Shown: positions 24,886-33,180 of the stretch, in pieces
Position numbering within the stretch: position 1 is the stretch's first letter
Layout of the letters: every line of letters begins with the position of its first letter
NCBI GenBank assembly: GCA_963764845.1
Contig: CAVXUE010000006.1
Span: 1,199,955-1,263,954 of the forward strand
Reading direction: 5' to 3'
Length of the DNA: 64,000 nucleotides
From: Terriglobia bacterium
Lineage (GTDB): Bacteria; Acidobacteriota; Terriglobia; Bryobacterales; Bryobacteraceae
Position numbers and translations under genes: made by a program
The notes under the pieces: generated by a model
Databases searched by the model: none
What the model saw: the letters and a program-made list of their open reading frames with translations, nothing else
Told to the model about the DNA's origin: nothing

Positions 24886-25302
24886 GTGACGCCAGTCACC
24901 CAATCCGTCCCGCGTGGCGCGGTGCTAGACGCCTGGTCCGGCTCTGAGTGGGACAATGGCGTTCAAATCGACCGGATGGGGGAGTTGACCACCCTCGCGG
25001 TGCGGACGGCTCGCAGCCTGTATGAGATCACGATTCTGAACGGCCACACCGGCGAAGTGCTGGTGCGCGGGGGCGGATTTTTCCCCGAACGTACCGCCGT
25101 GCAGCTGACCGGCAGTACGTTCGGCGGCTCGATTCTGAAGCGGCGGGGCATCTATGTCGGAATGCGGCTGGAGTTTGTCCCCCAGCCCGCCGAACTGGTC
25201 AGCGAGACGATCTACGACGCAAGCACGGGGCAGAGCGAAATCCGCGCCGGCCACAGAGTGATCTGGACGTCTCTGATTCAATCCGTGGCAGTAGTGAGCT
25301 GA
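24886..25302 (+). CDS. Hypothetical protein (138 aa), no signal peptide
   Basis: Intact ORF with a GTG start, same direction as and 57 nt after the G1 peptidase. No family recognised. Confidence 0.45.
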   Translation: MTPVTQSVPRGAVLDAWSGSEWDNGVQIDRMGELTTLAVRTARSLYEITILNGHTGEVLVRGGGFFPERTAVQLTGSTFGGSILKRRGIYVGMRLEFVPQPAELVSETIYDASTGQSEIRAGHRVIWTSLIQSVAVVS

Positions 25303-25478
25303 CGGGCAGGCGCCTGTATTTTTTAGTATCCATCGCCGGGTAGTTTCTTTGCCTTGACCGGTTTCTTCCCCGAATGCGCGAGGCGTCGGCAAGAGTGCGG
25401 CACGCAAAGTGCGTGCGCCACACACCTCAGGCGACTTTCAGTCGCAACCCATCCTATCCGGTTTGAGCCGGTAGTTGT

Positions 25479-25904
25479 TTAGTCGTTTCCCTGGTTATTC
25501 AGTCGTTTTACCATTCGGACCCGAGATCCACAGGGCGAGTTGCCGGTAACCGAAACCTCGTCCATAATGCGCCGGGCCATGGAGATCCCGCGTCCTGATG
25601 TGCGTTCGACGTTTTCGGGGAGCAGGGGGTCCGGGACGTTCTCCAGTTGGAATCCCTCTCCCTGGTCCGTGACGTCGATAATCAGCTCCTCACCATTCCG
25701 GGAGACCTCGAACCCGACCTTCTTGTCCGGGTCGAACCGGTTGCCGTGCTTCATCGCATTGACCAGGATTTCGCGCACGGCGAGGCCGATGAAAAACTGC
25801 TCGGATTCGCCGAAGCCCGCCTCCTCGGCGCACCGCCGCACGGAATCTTCCGCGCCGTCAAGCGAATCGACCACGGAGTCCAGGGTCGAAGAAAAAACAA
25901 TCAT
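25479..25904 (-). CDS. Anti-sigma regulatory factor-type Ser/Thr kinase (RsbW/SpoIIAB-like HATPase)
   Basis: Intact. EILVNAMKHGN (N-box), DQGEGF (G1), GRGISMARRIMDEV (G2). Confidence 0.8.
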   Translation of the reverse strand: MIVFSSTLDSVVDSLDGAEDSVRRCAEEAGFGESEQFFIGLAVREILVNAMKHGNRFDPDKKVGFEVSRNGEELIIDVTDQGEGFQLENVPDPLLPENVERTSGRGISMARRIMDEVSVTGNSPCGSRVRMVKRLNNQGND

Positions 25905-25923
25905 TCGGAATGGAGCCCGGCAA

Positions 25924-26280
25924 TTACGGTTTGGCGGCAAGCGCCGCAACCGAGTCGTCTCTCGTGGGATCGACGCTCAGGACGCCTTCAATTCCAGTCA
26001 TCTGGAAGATCGAGACGACCCGCTTGTTGACTCCCGCGAGGCGCAACTGTCCGCCGGATCTGCGCACGGCGCTGTGACACCCCACCAGAACGCCGAGCGC
26101 AGAGCTGTCGAGGTAGGTGACGTGTGACATATCGAAAACGATCCTCTTCCGATCGGATTTCGTCAGTTCCTCGATCGCCCATTCCAGCTGCTGCAGCTGG
26201 TTTCCCATGGTCATGGTTCCGGACAGCGTCATCACCATGATTCCCGAATCGAGCGCGCTGCGCTCAACTTCGAACGGCAT
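25924..26280 (-). CDS. STAS-domain anti-sigma-factor antagonist
   Basis: Intact. FDMSHVTYLDSSALGVLVG carries the conserved phosphorylatable Ser. Lies 19 nt upstream of the kinase gene. Confidence 0.8.
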   Translation of the reverse strand: MPFEVERSALDSGIMVMTLSGTMTMGNQLQQLEWAIEELTKSDRKRIVFDMSHVTYLDSSALGVLVGCHSAVRRSGGQLRLAGVNKRVVSIFQMTGIEGVLSVDPTRDDSVAALAAKP

Positions 26281-26365
26281 CCTGCCTCCTGTCGGCCGCA
26301 TCCGCCAGTGGAGCCGGCGCAGCCTCTTTGTTTGACTGGCTTCGCAAGTATAGCATCGGAATTTC

Positions 26366-26674
26366 CTAATCGGATGCGATCGCGGCGCGCCCCGGTTCTT
26401 CATATTCAAAACGCCGGATATTGCGCAGGCACTCCTCAACCGCGCCGGACAGCGTACTGCTCCAGCCCGAGGGCCGGAACGGGCCGGCACTCTGGTTCAT
26501 GAACTCGTCGGTCTGCGCGAAGAACAGCAGATTGCCGATTTCGGCCGAAGCGTACTCCCGAACCGTAATGTGCAATTCCACTGCGCCGGCGGCCGATTTC
26601 TTTTTCACCGAGAAGAAATGCAACTGCGCGAGCGCTTCACCGGGATTCTGCCGAATGTATTTCCAGTCGCTCAT
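26366..26674 (-). CDS. Hypothetical protein (102 aa) upstream of the STAS/kinase pair
   Basis: ORF from MSDWKYIRQNPGEALAQLHFF. No recognised motif. The upstream in-frame extension to 26941 is antisense to the + strand STAS gene. Confidence 0.4.
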   Translation of the reverse strand: MSDWKYIRQNPGEALAQLHFFSVKKKSAAGAVELHITVREYASAEIGNLLFFAQTDEFMNQSAGPFRPSGWSSTLSGAVEECLRNIRRFEYEEPGRAAIASD

Positions 26675-26740
26675 GAATGAGTGCTCCTCGTGGCGATTAT
26701 AAAGCCATGCCGTGTTCCGTTCGGATAGACTAAATCGACC

Positions 26741-27112
26741 ATGCCGGACCTGCCGAACGAAGAGTTTGAAATCGAACCTGCGAGCCCGCTGGCGGTGGAG
26801 GTCGAGCGCGTTCCGGGCGTTGCCGTTGTGCGCTGCCGCGGCAAACTGATCGCCGGTGTCACCGATGTTCTCTACATCGAGGTACGTCAACTGATTCCGG
26901 ATACCAAGAGGATTATTCTCGATTTGACCGATCTGACTCACATGGACAGCATGGGCCTCGGTACGGTGGTTCGCCTCTACGTGTCCGCGAAGTCCGCGGG
27001 CTGCGATCTGGAACTCATCAACATCGGCAAGCGGATCCGTCAGCTTCTGGGGATGACCAACCTGATGTCGTTCTTCACGATCGTCGGCGAAAACGATGTC
27101 CGGGTGCCGTGA
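26741..27112 (+). CDS. Second STAS-domain anti-sigma-factor antagonist
   Basis: Intact. LDLTDLTHMDSMGLGTVVRL with the conserved Ser. Divergent from 26366-26674. Confidence 0.8.
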   Translation: MPDLPNEEFEIEPASPLAVEVERVPGVAVVRCRGKLIAGVTDVLYIEVRQLIPDTKRIILDLTDLTHMDSMGLGTVVRLYVSAKSAGCDLELINIGKRIRQLLGMTNLMSFFTIVGENDVRVP

Positions 27113-27118
27113 TAGGGA

Positions 27119-27445
27119 TTATTTCGCCGCTGCGATCGAATCCACGTGAATCGTTTTGGTCTTGTCGTCCAGCGATCCGGTGACCGTGACTTTCTTGCCG
27201 GCGAATTTCTCTGGTGTCTGCTGATCGCTTAACGTCCAGGCCACCTTGCCGTCATAAAGAACGTAGAGCGCGCCATGCGTATTCACGCATGCAACGGCGC
27301 ATTCGCCATCCGTCGGCCCCATGCGCATGGCGGAATGATCCGCCGTTGCGCACATGCTGTCGGTAATGATGCCGGTGAGGATTCGTTTAGCCGGCGCCGC
27401 GATCAAAGCTGCAATCATGAGCGCGCTCAAAATTACAGGTTTCAT
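27119..27445 (-). CDS. Small secreted Cys-containing protein (108 aa)
   Basis: Signal peptide, GIITDSMC..ECAVACVNTHGALYVLYDG..FAGKKVTVTGSLDDKTKTIHVDSI. Paralogous layout to 34306-34728. Confidence 0.55.
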   Translation of the reverse strand: MKPVILSALMIAALIAAPAKRILTGIITDSMCATADHSAMRMGPTDGECAVACVNTHGALYVLYDGKVAWTLSDQQTPEKFAGKKVTVTGSLDDKTKTIHVDSIAAAK

Positions 27446-27487
27446 AGAGCTGATCGCGGACCGGCGGGTTGGTCTTAATGCCTGCTG

Positions 27488-28033
27488 TTATTCGCCAGGT
27501 GTCATCAGGTGCGCGGTGGTCGTGCCCGGGTTCATAACCCAGACGTCGCCGGCCGCGCCGCTCTCGGGCAGTCCGAGCGTTTTCCCGGTTGCGCCGGGAA
27601 CGGCGATGGTCAGGTGCGTGCGGAGATGGTCGGCGTCGGCGCCCATCACGTGGTACCACACCGAGCCGAACTCGGGTTTCGCGCGGGTTCCATCGGCCTC
27701 GGCCTTATCGAACGCGGCCTTGCTCGCGGCCTTGTCGGGGATGGCTTCGAACTTCAGGTTCTGCGCGACCCGATCCAGGTTCCCCAGGGTTGTGCACTCG
27801 GAATAGATTGCCTGGGCGACCCCGGGCATGCCCGCCTTGTCATAGCAAACCAGTTTGTTGGTGCCCTTCTTCAGCGTGTCGTAGGTGTAGTCGGCCTTCC
27901 ATTTAATGACGGTTGCCCCGGCTTTCAACTGCGCGGGCGCGGCCATCAGGGGTTTGTCGATTTCGGGCGACTGTGCGAAGCCGCCGGCCGAGACCGCGAA
28001 CATGCTGAGCGCGATTGTGGTGATGCGTTTCAT
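27488..28033 (-). CDS. Secreted hypothetical protein (181 aa)
   Basis: Intact ORF with signal peptide MKRITTIALSMFAVSAGGFA. Confidence 0.5.
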   Translation of the reverse strand: MKRITTIALSMFAVSAGGFAQSPEIDKPLMAAPAQLKAGATVIKWKADYTYDTLKKGTNKLVCYDKAGMPGVAQAIYSECTTLGNLDRVAQNLKFEAIPDKAASKAAFDKAEADGTRAKPEFGSVWYHVMGADADHLRTHLTIAVPGATGKTLGLPESGAAGDVWVMNPGTTTAHLMTPGE

Positions 28034-28096
28034 TTTTGATCTCCAGATTCTTCCGCCGGAACTTCCTTCCGTGCGCAGAAATCAGTATATCGCGGC

Positions 28097-28869
28097 TCAG
28101 GCGGCCGTATACCCGCCGTCGATCGCGAAGACGCCGCCGGTGCAATAGGATGCTTCCCCGCTTGCGAGGAACGCCACGAGCCGCGCCACCTCTTCATTCG
28201 TGCCGTAGCGCTTCAGGGCGATCTGATCTTTCAGATTCTCGTTCACGCGGCCGGGATCGTCCGGAGAAAACTGCGATTCGAGCGAATGGATCATGCGGTT
28301 CTCGATGGGTCCCGGCGCAATTGCGTTGACCCGTATCCCCGATGGCCCCAGCTCCAGCGCCGCCGTTTTCACGAGGCCACAGACCGCGTGCTTGCTGGCG
28401 ATGTAGGTCGCCATTCCGGCGGCGCCGATCATCCCCGCGATCGATGCCGTGGCGATGATCGAGCCGCTCCCCACGCTTCTTCATGGGTTCCACGCAATGT
28501 TTCATGGCCAGCCATACACCGATCACGTTGGTGCGCAGGACCTGCTCGAATTCGGCGAGCTCGATGGCCTCGATCGGCTTCACCTGTCCCTCGGTGCCGG
28601 CATTGGCGAAGAGGATATCCACGCCCCCGAATGTTCTGACCGTGGCGGCGACCGCTTTGGCCATCGCCGTTTCATCCGCGGCATCCCCCACCGCATGGGC
28701 CAGGCGTTTGCCGCCGCCGAGACGATCCCGCGTGGCTTTCAGTTTTCCGGCCGAACGGCCTACCAGCATGACGCTGGCGCCTTCTTTAAGGAAAAGCTTC
28801 GCCGTGGCTTCGCCAATGCCACCGGTCGATCCTGTGACGATCGCTGTCTTGCCCTCGTAGTTTCGCCAT
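28097..28869 (-). CDS. Short-chain dehydrogenase/reductase (interrupted)
   Basis: TGSTGGIG, NAG, YIASKHAV (YxxxK). Frame changes right after the start codon (near 28863) and near 28470. Confidence 0.85.
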
Positions 28870-28877
28870 ATTCGCTA

Positions 28878-29519
28878 TCAGCTCTTTGCCTTGCCTGTCA
28901 GAATGACGCGCAGCCTTTGTTTCACGCCCGGCCATTCTGCCGCGACGATCGAGTAACGCGCCGAATCGCGCGGGATAAAATCGGCGGCCATCCGGTGCGA
29001 GCGCAGAATTCCCTCGAATTTCCCGCCGATCCGTTCGATGGCCGCGCGGGAACGCTCATTGCGTGCGTCGGTATGCAGACAGACTCTATGTACGTGCCAG
29101 GCTTCGAAGGCGTGCGTCAGCATGAGCAGCTTGGCTTCGGTGTTCGCCGCGGTGCGGATGGCGGACCCGGCCAGCCACGTGTAACCGATCTCGCACACGT
29201 CGGGATCGGTACGGCCGTGCCACGGATGTCCCGGCGGCCAGGCCCAGCGCTCGATTTCGAAGAATCGGGTGGAACCAATGACTGCGCCATCGGCCACGCG
29301 GACGATGGCAAACGGCGCCGCGCGTTCGGCCTGTGCCCACGCCAAGGCTGTCTCGACGTAGGCAGCCGCTTCGGCCCTGTTCGCCGGCACGGGACTCCAG
29401 CGATAGAGCGAGGGGTCCTCCGCCGCGGCGCCGGCGAGGCCGTCGACATGACGAACCTCCAGTGGCTCCAGACGAACGGCGGCGCCTTTCAACAGGATTT
29501 CCCCGAGTTTCATACTCAA
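28878..29519 (-). CDS. GNAT family N-acetyltransferase (RimJ/RimL-like)
   Basis: Intact 213 aa. VRLEPLEVRHVDGL, EIGYTWL, NERSRAAIERIGGKFEGILR. Confidence 0.8.
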   Translation of the reverse strand: MSMKLGEILLKGAAVRLEPLEVRHVDGLAGAAAEDPSLYRWSPVPANRAEAAAYVETALAWAQAERAAPFAIVRVADGAVIGSTRFFEIERWAWPPGHPWHGRTDPDVCEIGYTWLAGSAIRTAANTEAKLLMLTHAFEAWHVHRVCLHTDARNERSRAAIERIGGKFEGILRSHRMAADFIPRDSARYSIVAAEWPGVKQRLRVILTGKAKS

Positions 29520-29608
29520 GCGATTGTTATACCGTATTACTTCCTACGCGCCCCGTTAGCGTTATCGTCGGGAGGACTACAATCGAATCAGGTGGAGATT
29601 CCCCCCGC

Positions 29609-30274
29609 TTGATCGTTCTCCAGGAAAAACACAAGCTCGCGACACGCTGGTTTCACTGGGTCAACTTTCCGATCCTGCTGGCGATGATCTTCAGCGGACT
29701 CTTGATTTACTGGGCCTATGACCCTTACCGGATCGGGTTCGGCGGCGTTACCCTGTTCCATTTCTTTCCGGACTGGTTCTACAAACTGACAGGCGTCGCG
29801 CAGAGTCTCGCGCTTGGCATGGCGCTGCATTTCGCATTCGCCTGGCTCTTCGCCATCAACGGCCTCGCGTATGTGCTCTATACGCTGTTCTCCGGAGAAT
29901 GGCGCGAGCTGCTGCCCGACAGGCATTCCCTCCGGGAAGCGCTTCAGGTCGTGAAGCACGATGCAGGTTTCAAGGTTCCGCATGCCGCCGCAGGGCCGCT
30001 ATAACGCGGCGCAGCGCATCACCTACACGGCCATCGTGATCATGGGCGGATTCAGCCTGCTGACGGGGCTGGCGATTTACAAACCAGCCCAGTTGCACTG
30101 GCTCACGGCGGCGCTCGGCGGCTACAATGGGCGCGCTGGGAGCACTTCTGGCTGACCATGGGCTATGTAGGATTTTTCGTGATCCACATCGCGCAGGTGA
30201 TTCGCGCCGGGTGGGCCAATTTCCGCGCCATGGTATGTGGCTACGATTTGGTGAAGGTACCAGATGGCGACTGA
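29609..30274 (+). CDS. Membrane cytochrome b (b561 / Ni-hydrogenase cyt b type), interrupted
   Basis: RWFHWVNFPILLAMIFSGL, LHFAFAWLF and YNAAQRITYTAIVIMGG over at least 3 frames. Ends ..CGYDLVKVPDGD at TGA 30272-30274. Start uncertain. Confidence 0.65.
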
Positions 30275-31041
30275 CGAAAAGCGAGCGAAGAAGCCGGCTG
30301 AAGGAACTCCCCGAGCAGGAACTGGCGCGGCGCACTCGCCGGTCCTTCATTGCGCTCGGCGCGGGAGCGGTGGTTGCGGCGGGGGCTTGGGAGTGGCTGA
30401 ACAAAGCGCCAATCGCGGACGGAGACGAGATACCCGCACCGCTGCGCCGCGTGCTCGGGTTCAACGAGCGCGTGGTCCGGAAAACGCTCTACAGCGAGAG
30501 CCACCTGGTGCGGACCTATCCGGCCTCGGCGGTCGGGAAGATCAAGGTCAACGGCGAAATCGGCATGGACGATCCGATCGATCCCGCCGACTGGCATCTC
30601 GATCTGGCCCCCGTGGGCGCGCCGGAATGCAAACTGGCGATCGAGGACATCCGCTCACTGCCGCGCTACGAAGAGACGATCGACTTCAAATGCGTGGAAG
30701 GCTGGAGTACGGTCACGCAATTCGCGGGCGCGCGGCTCTCCGATTTCACCGCGAAGTTCGCGCGCGGTTCGGAAAAGGCCGCGTTCGTCGCCATGTGGAC
30801 GCCGGGCAAGGATTACTACGTGGGCGTGGATATGCCGAGCGCGCTGCATCCGCAGACTCTGCTGGCGTATGAGATGAACGGCGCGCCGCTGACAGACCGG
30901 CACGGCGCGCCCTTGCGCCTGGTGATGCCCGTGAAATACGGGATCAAGAACATCAAGCGCATCGGCCGGATCGCGTACACCGACGAGCGCCCGGCCGATT
31001 ACTGGGCCGAGCAGGGCTACGATTACTACGCCGGATTATGA
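30264..31041 (+). CDS. Molybdopterin-dependent oxidoreductase (sulfite oxidase/YedY-like catalytic subunit)
   Basis: Tat-like RRTRRSFIALGAGAVVAAGA, FKCVEGWS, PLRLVMPVKYGIKNIKRIGRI. Frame is restored by dropping one g right after ATG 30264. Confidence 0.8.
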
Positions 31042-31045
31042 CTGT

Positions 31046-31963
31046 TCAGTTCTGAATCGGGGTAAGCCGGACGCGCCGATTCTTCCCGCGGCATGGCTCG
31101 TCGTTCACCTGGCAACTGGAACCGTTCCTGCCATGGCTGGACACTCTTAGTTTTTCCGCGGCGATCCCGTCAGCGACCAGGGCTTGCCGGACGGCTTCGG
31201 CTCGTTTATATCCGAGAGCGAAGTTGTATCCATCGCTACCCCGGTCGTCGCAATAACCTTCCAGAATCACCGTGGCTTTGTTGAAGCTCCGGAACGCGTC
31301 TTTAAGGATTTTCGCGTCGGCAGTGAGCAGGTCCGCGGCGTCGGGGCTCAGGTCGGTCGCATCAAGGGCGAAGTGCACATCGTGCAGTCCGGCGACCTGC
31401 TCCGCAAACGTGGGCGCGGGGTCCGGTTTGGGCGTGTTGTACGCTTCGATGCCAAGGTACAGGCCGAAGGCCAGCAGGCTGATGAACAGCGTATACTGCA
31501 TGCCGAGAATGCGGCGGGACCTGCTCAACGCTTCGGCAGTCCAGACAAGCCCGGCATCGCCGGCTGCATCCAGGATCAGTTCTTCGCGGGTCTTGCCCGG
31601 GTTTTGCGCCTTGACATCCGCAAGGTATTCGGATGGCTTTCCCGCGAGCAGGACCTCGCGATCGTATCGAACCGTGCGCGCCGCACGGGTGAGAAGGTAG
31701 GCGATTCCCAACGCAAACGCCAGCAGGACACACAGGACGGAAAGACCGAGCCACCAGTCCCGGGGAATCCGCACGCTGGTCAGGCTGAGGAACACCTTCG
31801 CCGCGAAGAAAGCGGCGGAAGCTCCGACTGTGCCCATGATGACCCAGAGCCTGGGCATCTCGGGCGGGGCGATGTCCTTGAGGCCGCCGCTCATCACGGC
31901 CATGAATGCGACGCCCGCGTCGAAGATCAGCTTCAGGCCGAACTGTTCCGGAGCGGTGGCCAT
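31046..31963 (-). CDS. Multi-TM membrane protein with C-terminal OmpA/MotB-like peptidoglycan-binding domain
   Basis: Intact 305 aa. Three to four hydrophobic helices, a ~70-aa soluble insert, then VHFALDATDLSPDAADLL..ILEGYCDDRGSDGYNFALGYKRAEAVRQAL..GKNRRVRL. Confidence 0.75.
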   Translation of the reverse strand: MATAPEQFGLKLIFDAGVAFMAVMSGGLKDIAPPEMPRLWVIMGTVGASAAFFAAKVFLSLTSVRIPRDWWLGLSVLCVLLAFALGIAYLLTRAARTVRYDREVLLAGKPSEYLADVKAQNPGKTREELILDAAGDAGLVWTAEALSRSRRILGMQYTLFISLLAFGLYLGIEAYNTPKPDPAPTFAEQVAGLHDVHFALDATDLSPDAADLLTADAKILKDAFRSFNKATVILEGYCDDRGSDGYNFALGYKRAEAVRQALVADGIAAEKLRVSSHGRNGSSCQVNDEPCRGKNRRVRLTPIQN

Positions 31964-31967
31964 CGCT

Positions 31968-32750
31968 TCAGGGCGCGGTTATATCGACGGATTGCGTAGT
32001 GGAGACACTCACGACGGTTACCCTGCGTATCGGTCCGCTGTTTCCGCCCTTTTCTGCCCACATTTCATAATTGCCTACAGCCAGACTCTCGGGATGAGTG
32101 GGAGTGCTGTAACTCGAATAGCTCTTGTACCAGGCCTTCTTGCCGCTCTTGATGCGGGCGACATACCAGACTTCGCAGCCCGGCACGGGTTTGCGGGGAG
32201 TGGAGGTGTCCAGGGTATTGACGCTGACGCCGATCAGTCCGGTCGAGGGAGTTGCCGCGGCAAGCGTGCGAGTCGAGTAACCGAGAGTGAAGACATTGAG
32301 GCGCGCGTATTCCCGCGTAGACCAGAGAAGCTTGAGATCCAGATCCTGTTTGGCGAGGGCGGCGCGCTCGATGGTTTCGGGACCGGGAGTATGCCGGAAG
32401 CGCAGCGGCTCGATGAACTCCCGGATCGCGTCGAGGTCGTCGCGAACCGAGTCCTTGAAGGGTTTCGCCCATTCGTCCTGGAGAAGGGCGGCCGTGACCA
32501 GGCCAAAAAAATCGTCGGGCAATTCGGATTTCAGCTGCGCCGAGGGCTTCAAGGCGACGCGGATGAAAGGTGAAGAGAACTCAGTCAGACCCAGGTTATC
32601 GGTCAGGTCGATATTGGCCGGAGAGTAGATGACGCCGGCTCCCAGGTCGGCGCCGGAGAGCCTTGCGATTCGTTGAGCCTCGCCGGGAATCACGCCGGAC
32701 TGGACGACAAAGTTCTCGTCATCCCACAGGGATTCCAAAGTCTGGGACAC
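31968..32750 (-). CDS. Hypothetical protein (260 aa), first gene of a two-gene cassette
   Basis: Intact ORF ending 4 nt before the OmpA-domain gene. No signal peptide or known motif. The C-terminal ~90 aa look beta-rich. Confidence 0.55.
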   Translation of the reverse strand: MSQTLESLWDDENFVVQSGVIPGEAQRIARLSGADLGAGVIYSPANIDLTDNLGLTEFSSPFIRVALKPSAQLKSELPDDFFGLVTAALLQDEWAKPFKDSVRDDLDAIREFIEPLRFRHTPGPETIERAALAKQDLDLKLLWSTREYARLNVFTLGYSTRTLAAATPSTGLIGVSVNTLDTSTPRKPVPGCEVWYVARIKSGKKAWYKSYSSYSTPTHPESLAVGNYEMWAEKGGNSGPIRRVTVVSVSTTQSVDITAP

Positions 32751-32793
32751 GGGTTTTTGGCCTCGCCAGACAATAATAGCAGGTTATTTTTTC

Positions 32794-32823
32794 TGGTTTA
32801 ACTTATTGGTTTAACGACTGGTT
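32794..32823. promoter_or_regulatory. Direct repeats tggtttaac (x2, 13-bp spacing) plus a third tggtt in an AT-rich divergent intergenic region
   Basis: Read directly: ctggtttaacttattggtttaacgactggttcagc, between 31968-32750 (-) and 32897-33166 (+). Confidence 0.35.
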
Positions 32824-32896
32824 CAGCGATTTCGGACCATCCCGTTCTCGGAGATGTCTCGACGCCGTCGCGGATGATTTTCTACAATAGAGGTAT

Positions 32897-33166
32897 ATGA
32901 CTCGAGATGGATTGAGCAAATCGTGGCCCGAAATGACGCCCGCCGAACGGCTGGCGGATCGAATCGCACGGAATCGCGAGATCGACAAACGGGTCAGCGA
33001 GAAGGTTGTTCCCCCGAAAAAAGGGGCCGCGGCCGCTTCGAGCGCAATCGCGTCCCGGCAGAAATCGGTCCGCAACGCGCTGGATAAATTTCAGCGGATC
33101 AAAGCCACGCAAGGCGTCGACGCTGCGTCGGAATTCGTGCTCAGCCGCAAGACTTCGGCCGGCTGA
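32897..33166 (+). CDS. Small basic hypothetical protein (89 aa)
   Basis: Intact ORF, Lys/Arg-rich, no recognised family. Confidence 0.4.
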   Translation: MTRDGLSKSWPEMTPAERLADRIARNREIDKRVSEKVVPPKKGAAAASSAIASRQKSVRNALDKFQRIKATQGVDAASEFVLSRKTSAG

Positions 33167-33180
33167 TGCGTTCGATGTCG

